Shown here in pieces: positions 35,715-44,965 of a DNA stretch of 64,000 nucleotides. The translations under genes were made by a program, and so were the position numbers. Source of the DNA: an uncultured Candidatus Entotheonella sp. GTDB lineage: Bacteria > Tectomicrobia > Entotheonellia > Entotheonellales > Entotheonellaceae. The number at the start of each line of letters is the position of its first letter. The first letter of the stretch is position 1. The stretch covers positions 1,184,001 to 1,248,000 of the forward strand of contig CBDCDA010000001.1 in the NCBI GenBank assembly GCA_965215335.1, read 5' to 3'. The notes beneath the pieces are model-generated. The model was given only the letters and a program-made list of their open reading frames with translations. It did not search any database and was not told where the DNA came from.

Positions 35715-37922
35715 ATGTGGGAAATGCTTTCCTACCCCTTCTTCCAGTCGGCGCTCATCGCCGGGACGTTGTCCGCCTCCATGTGTGCCCTGGTCGGGGT
35801 GTACGTCCTGCTCAAGCGCATCGTGTTCGTCGGCATTACGCTGGCCCAGCTTGCTTCCATGGGTGTGGCGGTGGCCTTGTTGATCGACGTGCACCCGATG
35901 ATCATGGCCTTGGTGGCGACCTTGGCGGGGGTAGCCTGTCTGGCCTATACGAGTTCCGGCCAAAGGGTTCCGCAGGAGGGGGTCATTGGGGCCAGCTACG
36001 TGATGGCGGCGGCGCTCGGCATCATTTGCCTAGCCAAGAATCCCGTAGGCGATGCCCGTAACCTGAAGGTGCTGTTCGGCAATATCCTCTCCGCTCACAC
36101 GGGGGAGATGGTGGCCCTCGCCGCGCTTCTGGCGGTGCTGGCCATCGTGCACGTGGTTTTTTACAAGGAGTTCCTGTTCGTATCTTTCGACCCGGAAACC
36201 GCCCAGGCCCAGGGAATCAACGTACGCGGGTGGGACCTTCTGTTGTACCTCACCATCGGTCTGGCGATCGCGTTTTCCATCCACTCAATGGGGGTGTTAC
36301 TGGTGTTTGCACTCATACTCGTACCAGCCATGACGGCGCGCCTGGTGGCGCACAGGATGATGGCTCTGTTTGCCCTGGCCATTGGTTTCGGCGTTGTTTC
36401 GGTGCCGCTCGGCTTGTATCTGGCCGTTCGCATTGACCTGCCCACCGGCATGGCGGTGGCCGGCACGTGCGTGGTCATGCTGCTCGCTGTATTGACGGCG
36501 CGTGGCTTGTATCGCAGCGCCGCACGCCTGGCGGCCGGAACTGCCGTTCTGATGCTGGCGCTCAACCTCGTGATGCCCGGCGCGGCTACTGCTCAGGAAA
36601 CGGACGTCGAGAGGCGGCTGCAGGAGCTTCGGCAGGAAGTCAATGACCTGCGCCAAAGCCTGCTCAGCCAGCAAATACGGCTGCCCGGCGCCCTGATGCT
36701 CAACCCGGAAATGCGCGTCGAGGGCAACTTTCAAGGCAGCTATCTCGCGGGTGGATTGGCGCGTCGCGCCGAGCAGGAGGGGTTTTCCAACAACCGCTTC
36801 AACCTCCGTGAAGTCGAAATCGGCCTTCGAGCCTCGGTGGATCCGTTTGCCGTTCTGGAGGCGGTCATCAGCGCCCAGCATTTGGCGGAAATCGAATTCG
36901 AGGACGGCGAGGAAGAATTGGAAGCACCGCCCGGAGAGGTGGAATTCGAGGAGGCCCACCTGACGTTCGCGCGGCTGCCGCTCAGCCTGCGCGGCAAGCT
37001 GGGTCTCATGCGCACCAGTTTCGGCGAATACAATGACGATGACCCCGATGAATTTCCCCAGGTTGATCCGCCCAACATCATCACCCAGCTATACGGTAAC
37101 GAAGGCGAGGGCTGGAAGGAACCCGGCGTCAACGTGAACTACCAGTTTGCCAGCCCGTTTTCCGAGAAAATGACGCACGTCTTGTGGTTTGGCCTCTACA
37201 GCGGGGAGAACGGGACGGCGTTTCACGGCGGGAATCTCACCAAGCCGGTTTATTTCACCCGGCTGGAGTTGTTCTACGAGGTGGCGCCGCGGGCAGGGAT
37301 TGAACTCGGGCTCAGCTACGCCAGGGGTAAACGGCTGGACCGTTACTATGACGACATGACGAACGGCATGCTGGACGATGATGACGACGACGATGACAAC
37401 GGCCATGCCCACAATGGCGATGACGACGACGATGACAACGGCGGCGTCGGGCAGTTGGTCGGAGAATTCGACTCCACGCTCATGAACGTCCACTTCGAGT
37501 TTGACTGGCAGCCGCGGTTGTACTACCGGGAGAACAGCCTGGCCTTCCTGGCCGAACTGTTCCATTCCAGGGTCGAGCGCCACGACGGCACCCTGAACCA
37601 GTTTGGCGGCTATGCCCTGACGCAGTATGCGATCAACTCCACCTTTGCCATTGGCGCCCGTCTCGACATGGTCAATTGCCCCGGGTTCTACAACTCGTTG
37701 TGCGCCAATCTCGGCGTCGAGGATGGCGAGACCCTCGGCATCGACGAGTTGAAAGACCGTCACGAGTGGGCGATATCGCCCATTATTTCCATCAGTCCGA
37801 GCTCCTTTCTGACTCTGCGGGCGCAATACAAACATACCTATCGCAGTTACGCCGAGGATTCCCAGGAATTCCTCCTGCAGGCGTTGTTCATCATCGGCTA
37901 CGAGCGTTCGGACGTTTTCTAG
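35715..37922 (+). CDS. Metal ABC permease (ZnuB type) fused to a putative outer-membrane beta-barrel
   Basis: Residues about 1-265 are an ABC-3 permease (GVYVLLKRIVF, LFGNIL, SFDPETA, GVLLVF). Then a signal-peptide-like segment, a coiled coil, and an alternating beta-strand domain (FNLREVEIGL, EEAHLT, LRGKLG, terminal F). Confidence 0.85.
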   Translation: MWEMLSYPFFQSALIAGTLSASMCALVGVYVLLKRIVFVGITLAQLASMGVAVALLIDVHPMIMALVATLAGVACLAYTSSGQRVPQEGVIGASYVMAAALGIICLAKNPVGDARNLKVLFGNILSAHTGEMVALAALLAVLAIVHVVFYKEFLFVSFDPETAQAQGINVRGWDLLLYLTIGLAIAFSIHSMGVLLVFALILVPAMTARLVAHRMMALFALAIGFGVVSVPLGLYLAVRIDLPTGMAVAGTCVVMLLAVLTARGLYRSAARLAAGTAVLMLALNLVMPGAATAQETDVERRLQELRQEVNDLRQSLLSQQIRLPGALMLNPEMRVEGNFQGSYLAGGLARRAEQEGFSNNRFNLREVEIGLRASVDPFAVLEAVISAQHLAEIEFEDGEEELEAPPGEVEFEEAHLTFARLPLSLRGKLGLMRTSFGEYNDDDPDEFPQVDPPNIITQLYGNEGEGWKEPGVNVNYQFASPFSEKMTHVLWFGLYSGENGTAFHGGNLTKPVYFTRLELFYEVAPRAGIELGLSYARGKRLDRYYDDMTNGMLDDDDDDDDNGHAHNGDDDDDDNGGVGQLVGEFDSTLMNVHFEFDWQPRLYYRENSLAFLAELFHSRVERHDGTLNQFGGYALTQYAINSTFAIGARLDMVNCPGFYNSLCANLGVEDGETLGIDELKDRHEWAISPIISISPSSFLTLRAQYKHTYRSYAEDSQEFLLQALFIIGYERSDVF

Positions 37923-37934
37923 GAGGAAGCACCC

Positions 37935-38918
37935 GTGACCACGTTTTCCGCAACTCTACGTTCAGTTGTGCTAGCTGTTCTGATCCTGGCATTCGTGTTG
38001 ACGTCCGGCGGTTGGGCCCAGGATCGCGAGGATAGGGTTCGGGCCGCCGTTCATTCGGTATTCATGTTCGGCAGCTCGATCGACTTTACGTTCATTGCCA
38101 AGGAAATCGCCGGCGATCGGGTCAAGGTCTACGCGCCGCTCCCCGGCTACCAAGAGGCCGAGCTTTATATCGAAGAGGTTTTTCCGTCATGGGTCATCCA
38201 GGCGTCACGGGCGGATGTTTTCGTGCGCATCGGACTGTTCGCCGACGTCTGGGCGGACTCCTTGCGGTTGGACGCACGCAACCCGCGCATCGACCCCGGC
38301 GCGCCGGGGTACGTGGACGCCTCGCAGGGCATCCAGATTCTGGAAATCCCGACCGGTCCGGTGGACCGCTCCCGGGGCGAGATTCACATTCAAGGCAACC
38401 CGCACTATCTGCTGGATCCGCTGAACGCCAAGATTGTGGCGGACAACATTCTTCGCGCCCTGGTGTCGATTTCGCCCGAGGACACGGATTTCTTTACCGC
38501 CAATACCGAGGATTTCAAGCGCCGCATCGACGAGGCGATGGTGCGCTGGCAGGAAATGGCGGCGCCCCTGCGGGGCAAGAAACTGGCGGCGTATCACCGC
38601 ACCTGGTCGTACCTGTTGAAGCGCTTCGGCCTGGTGGGCGTGGGCTACGTGGAACCCAAGCCGGGTATTTCCCCGTCGCCGCTGGAAATCCGCAATCTGG
38701 TGGACACGATGGTGCGACAGGACGTTCGCCTCATCATTCACGCGCCGGTCTATCACCCGCGCACGCCCCGCGCCGTGGCCCGCCAGGTATCGAATCAGAT
38801 CGGCGATCCCGTCACGGTGCTGAAGCTGCCCGCGCACGTCGGCGGGGTGCCCGAAGCGGACAACTATTTCGCCCTCTTCGACTACATCCTGACGACGTTG
38901 AACGAGGTCCTGAATTGA
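37935..38918 (+). CDS. Metal ABC substrate-binding protein (ZnuA/TroA cluster A-I)
   Basis: GEIHIQGNPHYLLDP, YHRTWSY, EPKPGI; AGGAGG RBS. Confidence 0.9.
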   Translation: MTTFSATLRSVVLAVLILAFVLTSGGWAQDREDRVRAAVHSVFMFGSSIDFTFIAKEIAGDRVKVYAPLPGYQEAELYIEEVFPSWVIQASRADVFVRIGLFADVWADSLRLDARNPRIDPGAPGYVDASQGIQILEIPTGPVDRSRGEIHIQGNPHYLLDPLNAKIVADNILRALVSISPEDTDFFTANTEDFKRRIDEAMVRWQEMAAPLRGKKLAAYHRTWSYLLKRFGLVGVGYVEPKPGISPSPLEIRNLVDTMVRQDVRLIIHAPVYHPRTPRAVARQVSNQIGDPVTVLKLPAHVGGVPEADNYFALFDYILTTLNEVLN

Positions 38919-38963
38919 GGTAGGCTTGCGCCCGCTGGTCGGTTGGCGGGCCTGCCTTTATTT
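38918..38963 (+). terminator. Hairpin/terminator after the metal ABC operon
   Basis: aggtaggc..gcccgc-loop-gcgggc-ctgcct then TTATTT. Confidence 0.5.
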
Positions 38964-38980
38964 CAACCAACATAGGAAAC

Positions 38981-39796
38981 ATGACCATGCGTATCACCGC
39001 ACGGAGTCTCATGCCGCTGAGCGCGGCAATCGCGTTCCTGTTCTGCGCCTCTGCCGTTGCCGCACTCGAGGTTCGGCTCGTCTATGTGGGCAGCACCGAC
39101 GAGTCGGCGTGGCTCGGGGTGATGCAGGGCCAGCACGAGGCCAACATCCAGGGGCGTTTTCTGGGCCAGACTTACGTCGTGGAGGCGATGACGCCGGAGG
39201 CGTTGTCTCAGTCTGGCCAACAGGCCGCTGCGATCATCGGGGCGGGTGACGCCTCAGCGCTGCAACGCCTGAGCAAGGTGATGCCCGCCGTCGCCGTGTT
39301 CAACGTGACGGCCGACGATGACGTTCTGCGCCAGGCTTGTGCGACGAACTTGTTGCACGTGCCGCCCAGCAGCGCCATGAAAGCCGATGCGGTGGCGCAG
39401 TGGGTGCAGAAAAACCCCGACGCCAGCGTCGAGGCGTGGGCCTGGCATCCCAAATTCGTCAAGTATGCCGCCCGCGACCTGAACAAGCGCTTCCTGAGAG
39501 TCCAAAGGGTTGCCATGGATGACGACGCCTGGGCCGGCTGGGCGGCGGTGCGCATGGTTGCGGAGGCCGTCATACGGACGCAGGCCACCGACCCCTCGGC
39601 CCTGCTCGCCTTTCTCAAATCCGAAATCGCGTTCGACGGGCAGAAGGGCATGTCCTTCACCTTCCGCGACACCGGCCAGCTGCGTCAGCGGCTGCTCATT
39701 GTCGAAGCCGGCAAGCTGGCCGGTGAGGCACCAGTGCGAGGCGTGGCCGACACCACGGACCTCGACAGCCTCGGCCTCCCGTCGTGCCAACGCTGA
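38981..39796 (+). CDS. ABC substrate-binding-like protein of PQQ alcohol dehydrogenase systems (LutA/TIGR03863-like, short form)
   Basis: EANIQGRFLGQ, LLHVPPSSAMKADA, AWHP...AARDLNKRF, WAGWAAVR, FDGQKG..TFR..GQLRQ, DLDSLG. Confidence 0.8.
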   Translation: MTMRITARSLMPLSAAIAFLFCASAVAALEVRLVYVGSTDESAWLGVMQGQHEANIQGRFLGQTYVVEAMTPEALSQSGQQAAAIIGAGDASALQRLSKVMPAVAVFNVTADDDVLRQACATNLLHVPPSSAMKADAVAQWVQKNPDASVEAWAWHPKFVKYAARDLNKRFLRVQRVAMDDDAWAGWAAVRMVAEAVIRTQATDPSALLAFLKSEIAFDGQKGMSFTFRDTGQLRQRLLIVEAGKLAGEAPVRGVADTTDLDSLGLPSCQR

Positions 39797-39823
39797 ACCC
39801 AATTTGACAAGGACCAGACGTTT

Positions 39824-40786
39824 ATGCGACCGATAGCTTTTGCAATGCTCGTGCTTCTGGGCCTGGCCGTCGGCAGCGCCGCTGCCGAGGCCGAGCCGAC
39901 GTACCGCGTTTTTGTCACCAATGAACGTAGCGATTCCGTGTCGGTCATCGACAGCCGCACCAACGACGTGGAAGCCACCGTCGCCGTCGGCGACCGCCCG
40001 CGCGGCATTGGCTTTTCTCCCGACCGGGCGCACGTTTACGTGGCGCTGGGCGAGGAGAACGCCATCGGTGTCATCGACACGCGCACCCTCGAGGTCGTCA
40101 AGAAGGTATCCGCCGGATCCGATCCCGAGGCGTTCGCCGTACATCCGAACGGCACGATCTACCTGTCCAACGAGGACGCCAACCTCGCCACGGCGCTCGA
40201 TCCCGCCAGCGGCGAGATACTGGCCGAGATCCCGGTCGGCATCGAGCCGGAAGGGGTGGGTGTGTCGCCGGACGGCTCGCGGGTCATGGTGACCAGCGAG
40301 AGCACCTTCATGGTGCACGTCATTACCGTGCCGGAGCACGAGGTGGTGGCCAACGTCCTGGTCGGCGCCCGGCCACGCGAGGTGACGTTTTCGGCGGATG
40401 GCAAGTGGGCCTACGTGACCAGCGAGATCAGCGGTCAGGTGAGCAAGCTCGACGTGGCCACCAATGAGGTGGTGCAACAGGTGAAGCTGGACATACCAAA
40501 GGCCAAGCCCAAGGGCGTCGTGGTCAGCCCGGACCAGAAGACCCTGTACGTCTCCACCGGCAGTGGCAACATGATCGCGGCGCTGAACGCCGAGACGCTG
40601 GAACTGCTGGACACCGTCGAGGTCGGCAAGCGGGTCTGGGGCATCACCCTGTCGCGGGACGGCGCCCGTCTGTATACCTGCAACGGCGTCGATGACACGG
40701 TGTCGGTGGTGGATACCGCCAGCCTGACCGTCGCCGCTACCATCCAGGTAGGCACGGCGCCCTGGGGGGTGGTCATCGATGACTGA
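39824..40786 (+). CDS. YVTN beta-propeller, PQQ-catabolism associated (LutB/PedA1-like)
   Basis: VFVTNE..DSVSVID, VGDRPRG, GSDPE, VGIEPEG, VGARPR repeats; signal peptide. Confidence 0.88.
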   Translation: MRPIAFAMLVLLGLAVGSAAAEAEPTYRVFVTNERSDSVSVIDSRTNDVEATVAVGDRPRGIGFSPDRAHVYVALGEENAIGVIDTRTLEVVKKVSAGSDPEAFAVHPNGTIYLSNEDANLATALDPASGEILAEIPVGIEPEGVGVSPDGSRVMVTSESTFMVHVITVPEHEVVANVLVGARPREVTFSADGKWAYVTSEISGQVSKLDVATNEVVQQVKLDIPKAKPKGVVVSPDQKTLYVSTGSGNMIAALNAETLELLDTVEVGKRVWGITLSRDGARLYTCNGVDDTVSVVDTASLTVAATIQVGTAPWGVVIDD

Positions 40787-40810
40787 TTGAGATTCTTGAC
40801 CCATGCACGG

Positions 40811-40847
40811 AGCGGGTTGGCAGAGGGAGCTCTGCCAACCCGCTTTT
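40811..40847 (+). terminator. Intrinsic terminator between convergent genes
   Basis: Perfect 15-bp stem agcgggttggcagag-GGAG-ctctgccaacccgct followed by TTT. Confidence 0.85.
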
Positions 40848-40852
40848 GCGTT

Positions 40853-41317
40853 TCAGGAATTGTCGTGACGGGCGATCTTGGCCCGCAATTCCTCGGCCAG
40901 GGTGGCGTCGAGGCCCTCCAGGATGGCCAGATGCGACCTGGCTTCCGACACCTTGCCGACCGTCAGCAGCGCCTCGCCCATGTACTCGTGCGCCTCGGCC
41001 AAGTCCGGCTGCAGGTCGAGGGCCTTGCGATACAGCTCGATGGCGCGTTCATACCGGCCCATGCGACGGAACGAGTAGGCCATGTTCGTATAGGCCATGG
41101 CGTGGGCCGGCTCCGTCGCAATCGCTTTCTCGAAGGCTGCGATAGCCTGGAGAAACCTGCCGGCCTTGAGGAGGTCGTAACCGACCTCGTAGTCCGTCGG
41201 CTGTGGTGCCGAGGGGTCCAGCGCGCTGCCTTCGGTCATGCCCTCGTTGGCAAGGGTCGGTCCGGGGACCACAAACAGAAAACCACATAATATCAACGCG
41301 AACCATACCTGCCGCAT
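40853..41317 (-). CDS. Secreted TPR protein
   Basis: Signal peptide and TPR repeats (AYTNMAYSFRRMG, AHEYMGEALL). Confidence 0.85.
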   Translation of the reverse strand: MRQVWFALILCGFLFVVPGPTLANEGMTEGSALDPSAPQPTDYEVGYDLLKAGRFLQAIAAFEKAIATEPAHAMAYTNMAYSFRRMGRYERAIELYRKALDLQPDLAEAHEYMGEALLTVGKVSEARSHLAILEGLDATLAEELRAKIARHDNS

Positions 41318-41349
41318 GGAATCGTCTCCCCTCTCTCCAGAACGCCGCC

Positions 41350-42510
41350 TCAGGATTGATCCTCGCTCCAGGGCGGCGTGTACGAAACACCGTATTCCGA
41401 CATCAGCCTGGCAACCTGCTGTTCCGCCGCCAGTTCGCTGAGAACGCCGTTCAGCGTTTCACGCAGGTCATAGTCATTCTTGCGCACCCCGATGGCGACG
41501 TTCCACAACAGGTTCGGGTCGGATACGTACCCTTCCACCGGCTTGATGGTGCTATCGGGGCGATTCTGGAGCCACCAGTCCATTTCCATTGCCGGTACCA
41601 GCGCCACCTCAAGATCCCCCTTGTGCACGGCCTGCAGGGCGTCGTGGCTGGATGCAAACGGGCGGCAGGAATAGCCTGCCTGGAGAAGGATTCGCTCCCC
41701 CTGTGATTTCAGCGGCACCGCCGTCGTTTTGTCGGCCAGCTCCATCACGTCCTGCACCTCGAATGCCTGCTCGTTCCGCGCCAAGGTATAACCGGTGCCG
41801 AAATAGGGATCCGTCAGAATCACGCGGTCAATGGGCTCCTGCTGAACCGGCACGCCCATGAACATGTCGCAGCGCTTCTGGACCAGGGAGAGACTCAGGG
41901 CGCCCAGCACGCCGCCGCGCCGCGACTTGGCCCAGAAATACCGTGTCTTCAGCCCCATGCGGCTGGCGATTTCCTCGGCGAGCGCGATGTCGAAGCCACC
42001 GGGGGAAGTCTTGTCGGAAGCGGGCAACTGATTCGGCATGGCGCAGACGGTGAGAACGCCCTTCTCCCTGGCTTTGTGGAGAGCGCCCTTATATTCGGTA
42101 CGCAGGTAGGCAATGATGGACCAGATGTCCATGGGCTGGACGCGGGCGCCAAAAGCCCCCATCGGCGTGCCCGGCCGGCCGGCGACAATGGTTGCAAAAA
42201 CGTCGGTGTCCGCGCCGCCCCAGATCCAGACCTCATCTTGCAGGTTGGGCCCCTTGGCGCCCTTGCCTCGGGTGCCATGGCAAATTGAGCAATAACGGTG
42301 GAACAGTTTATAGCCTTTTTCGATTGCTTCCGGGTTGCCGTGCAGGGGGTTGGTGAAATCCTGCGCCTCGACGGCCACGGGGGTGGACAGGAACAGCCCG
42401 AGCATCCCCGCGCAGAGCAGAGCGCCCAGGCTCCCCGCGGTGAGACCCCAACGCATGATCACGGCTGCCAGATGCCCCGGCCCTCTCTCTCCAGAAACCC
42501 GCTGCCTCAT
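41350..42510 (-). CDS. Cytochrome c domain fused to an MxaJ/XoxJ-like periplasmic binding domain
   Basis: NPLHGNPEAI..G...CSICHG...GPNL...MGAF, then LTVCAMPNQLP...GFDI...CDMFMGVP...TDPYF...IAIGVRKND; GGAGGGAG precedes ATG 42510. Confidence 0.85.
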   Translation of the reverse strand: MRQRVSGERGPGHLAAVIMRWGLTAGSLGALLCAGMLGLFLSTPVAVEAQDFTNPLHGNPEAIEKGYKLFHRYCSICHGTRGKGAKGPNLQDEVWIWGGADTDVFATIVAGRPGTPMGAFGARVQPMDIWSIIAYLRTEYKGALHKAREKGVLTVCAMPNQLPASDKTSPGGFDIALAEEIASRMGLKTRYFWAKSRRGGVLGALSLSLVQKRCDMFMGVPVQQEPIDRVILTDPYFGTGYTLARNEQAFEVQDVMELADKTTAVPLKSQGERILLQAGYSCRPFASSHDALQAVHKGDLEVALVPAMEMDWWLQNRPDSTIKPVEGYVSDPNLLWNVAIGVRKNDYDLRETLNGVLSELAAEQQVARLMSEYGVSYTPPWSEDQS

Positions 42511-42644
42511 ATCCGGACTCCCTCCTGTGTCGTTTGCGTGTTCACATTCCAACAAACAAGGCGTGATTGCTCTGCCAGGATTCCCCTGCGAGCCAGCGCC
42601 TTTTACAGGAGCCGGCCGGGGGTGTCAAGAGCAGACGCGGCGTG

Positions 42645-43247
42645 TCAGATGGTGCGCTTGAAGCCGACCTTGCCGATGAACTTCCCGGCCACCATCAGGG
42701 CGCCGTCAACTTTCTTGAGCGGCAGGATGGGAAGGCGCTTGGGCGTTGGCCCGCCGACCACCGTTGCCAGGTTCGTGGGATCGTATTCCGAGTAGTGGCA
42801 CGGGCATTTCACGGTTCGCGTTTTCTTCATCCACAGCGCCACTGGACAACCGGCGTGGGTGCAGACCGCCGAATAGGCGACGATGCCGTCTGCCGAATGG
42901 GGCCGGGTGGACTCGGCGATGTCCTCTGGCTTGAAGCGCACCAGCATCACTTTGTTGAGGCGCGAGCCGTTACGCACCACCTTGCTGACCGGCTCGAACG
43001 GGTAAGCGAACGCCTGCGGCCCGTCCACGGGGATGTCCTCCGGCCTGATGATCTCGTCTTTCTTGTCGCCCTGCGCGAAAACAAACTGATCGTTTTCCTG
43101 CGGACGCATCTTGCGAGGCTCCTTGCTGCGCGCTGCGGCCAGCCGCCAATCGCTCAAGGCAAAGCCCGCACCGATCAGCATCTTCAGCAGCGTCCGGCGC
43201 CCCAACAACCGTTTGACCCATAAGCCGGTTCGGCGTATTTCCTCCAC
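42645..43247 (-). CDS. Tat-exported Rieske [2Fe-2S] protein
   Basis: GRRTLLK Tat motif, CTHAGC, CPCHYSEY. Confidence 0.9.
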   Translation of the reverse strand: MEEIRRTGLWVKRLLGRRTLLKMLIGAGFALSDWRLAAARSKEPRKMRPQENDQFVFAQGDKKDEIIRPEDIPVDGPQAFAYPFEPVSKVVRNGSRLNKVMLVRFKPEDIAESTRPHSADGIVAYSAVCTHAGCPVALWMKKTRTVKCPCHYSEYDPTNLATVVGGPTPKRLPILPLKKVDGALMVAGKFIGKVGFKRTI

Positions 43248-43430
43248 ACGTGACTCCTCGAAGATTCATGCGGTTTGCGGTGATAGGTGATATCTCAAAA
43301 CAGCAGATCTGGTGCCGCAAAAGGCAGCTCGGACCCTCATGCCTACAACAAAGGGACAATATCTGTCAAGCCCCAAAGCCCACGTCCCATGCGGCATTGC
43401 AGGGCCTGCACTGGCAGGCGCAGGTGGCAT

Positions 43431-43459
43431 TTGACATGACGCGGAACTGTCTCTATGCT
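43431..43459 (+). promoter_or_regulatory. Sigma70-like promoter for the amidohydrolase
   Basis: TTGACA-17 bp-TATGCT. Confidence 0.6.
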
Positions 43460-43570
43460 GCGCCCACGCCAAGGGCGTTTTCCGAAGCGCGATGGCTACT
43501 GTTGTTCCTGAGGCGATGTCATACGTTTTGCGTCTCACGATCTATGACACGGCAAGGAGGATGGCAGGTT

Positions 43571-44893
43571 ATGGAGTTCAACATATTCGAGCACTTCAAA
43601 GGCATGGGTATCACGTCCAAGGAGCCCACGAATCATTACGAGCAGGGGGCCGATTACTTCTCCAACGGACAGCTTGGCGCTCGCGTGCGCGCCCGGCTCG
43701 ACGACTTCGCGGAGCGGGTCAACATGCCGCGCCGCAGCTTCATGAAGACGGTCTGCGGATTTACGGGGGCGATGCTGGCCGTGAACCAGGCGACCGGCAT
43801 GCGCTTCTTTGACGTTTCCGAGGCCGAGGCCATGGAACAGGCGGCGGCGCACGAAAAGAACGCGCTGCTGAAATCCCACCTCAACTACGTCGTTGACCAG
43901 CACACGCATATCTGCTGGCGGCGGGACGGCTTTGTGGCCGGCGTCAACACCTCCGAAAAGGGTATGTGGTTCGTCGATCTCCTGGACGGCCTGGGCAAGG
44001 CCATGGGCCTGGAGAAGGGCATCCAGGACATGACCGTGGAGAACTACGGCAAGCTCATCCTCGACGAGAGCGACACCACGGTGGGTATCTTCAACCCGTT
44101 CGGCTTCCGCGAGGACTACGGCGGCCAGGACATGATCCCCATCGAGGAGCAGGTCGAGGTCCGCAACCGCTGGCCCAACCGCACCCTCATGCTGGGCGGT
44201 GGTCTGACCCCCAACCAGGGGCTGGAGTACACCCTGGACCGGCTGCAGATGTTCGTCGAGGACTACAAGATCTCCGGCCTCAAGCTCTACACGTTCGACG
44301 CCACGCCGCAGCGCGGCTGGTGGTTCGACGACCAGAAGCTGGCCTACCCGATCTGGGAAAAGTGCCGGGAGCTCGGGATCAGGAACGTCGGCTGCCACAA
44401 GGGCATCCCCTTCGGGCAGTTCATGGCGCGCTATGCCCACGCCGAGGACTTCGATGCCGTTGCCGATGATTTCATCGACATGAACTGGATCGCCTTCCAC
44501 TCCGCGTGGCCCTATCACGGCGAGCTGGCCGCGCTGAAGGCGTTCAAGCCGCAGCGCAACAACCTGTTCTGCGAGCTGGGATCGACCTTCGCCGCCACCG
44601 TCACCAGCCGCCCGCTGGACTGCGCCCACGTGCTCGGAACCCTGTTGCGCGACCTCGGCCACGATGCCGTGCTGTGGGGCACCGACTCCGTGCTGTGGGG
44701 CAACCCGCAGTGGCAGATCGAGGCCTTCCGGCGCTTCCGCATCCCCGATGAACTGGTCGAGGGGTACGGTTACCCGCAGTTGACGGACGAGCTCAAGGCG
44801 AAGGTGCTGGGCACCAACGCCGCCCGCCTGTGGGGGCTCGAGACCGCCTCTGACACGCCACCGGCTGAACCGTCCAGGATCGTCGCCGCGTAG
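43571..44893 (+). CDS. Amidohydrolase-superfamily protein with an internal twin-arginine motif
   Basis: DQHTH, KLY, CHKG, FHSA, WGTD; PRRSFMKT; GGAGG upstream of ATG 43571. Confidence 0.88.
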   Translation: MEFNIFEHFKGMGITSKEPTNHYEQGADYFSNGQLGARVRARLDDFAERVNMPRRSFMKTVCGFTGAMLAVNQATGMRFFDVSEAEAMEQAAAHEKNALLKSHLNYVVDQHTHICWRRDGFVAGVNTSEKGMWFVDLLDGLGKAMGLEKGIQDMTVENYGKLILDESDTTVGIFNPFGFREDYGGQDMIPIEEQVEVRNRWPNRTLMLGGGLTPNQGLEYTLDRLQMFVEDYKISGLKLYTFDATPQRGWWFDDQKLAYPIWEKCRELGIRNVGCHKGIPFGQFMARYAHAEDFDAVADDFIDMNWIAFHSAWPYHGELAALKAFKPQRNNLFCELGSTFAATVTSRPLDCAHVLGTLLRDLGHDAVLWGTDSVLWGNPQWQIEAFRRFRIPDELVEGYGYPQLTDELKAKVLGTNAARLWGLETASDTPPAEPSRIVAA

Positions 44894-44901
44894 GACAATC
44901 C

Positions 44902-44943
44902 AGGCCGGGGATGCCGGGTCACGCGTCCCTGGCCTTTTCTTTG
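44902..44943 (+). terminator. Intrinsic terminator after the amidohydrolase
   Basis: aggccggggatgc / gcgtccctggcct stem with G-U pairs, then TTTCTTT. Confidence 0.65.
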
Positions 44944-44965
44944 GCCCGGCGGCAGGAGGCTTGCC

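Noticed and set aside
37374..37436. GAY triplet tracts as a phase-variation switch
   Set aside because: The tracts are in frame and mix GAC and GAT codons, so slippage would change loop length only. Treated as a protein feature instead.
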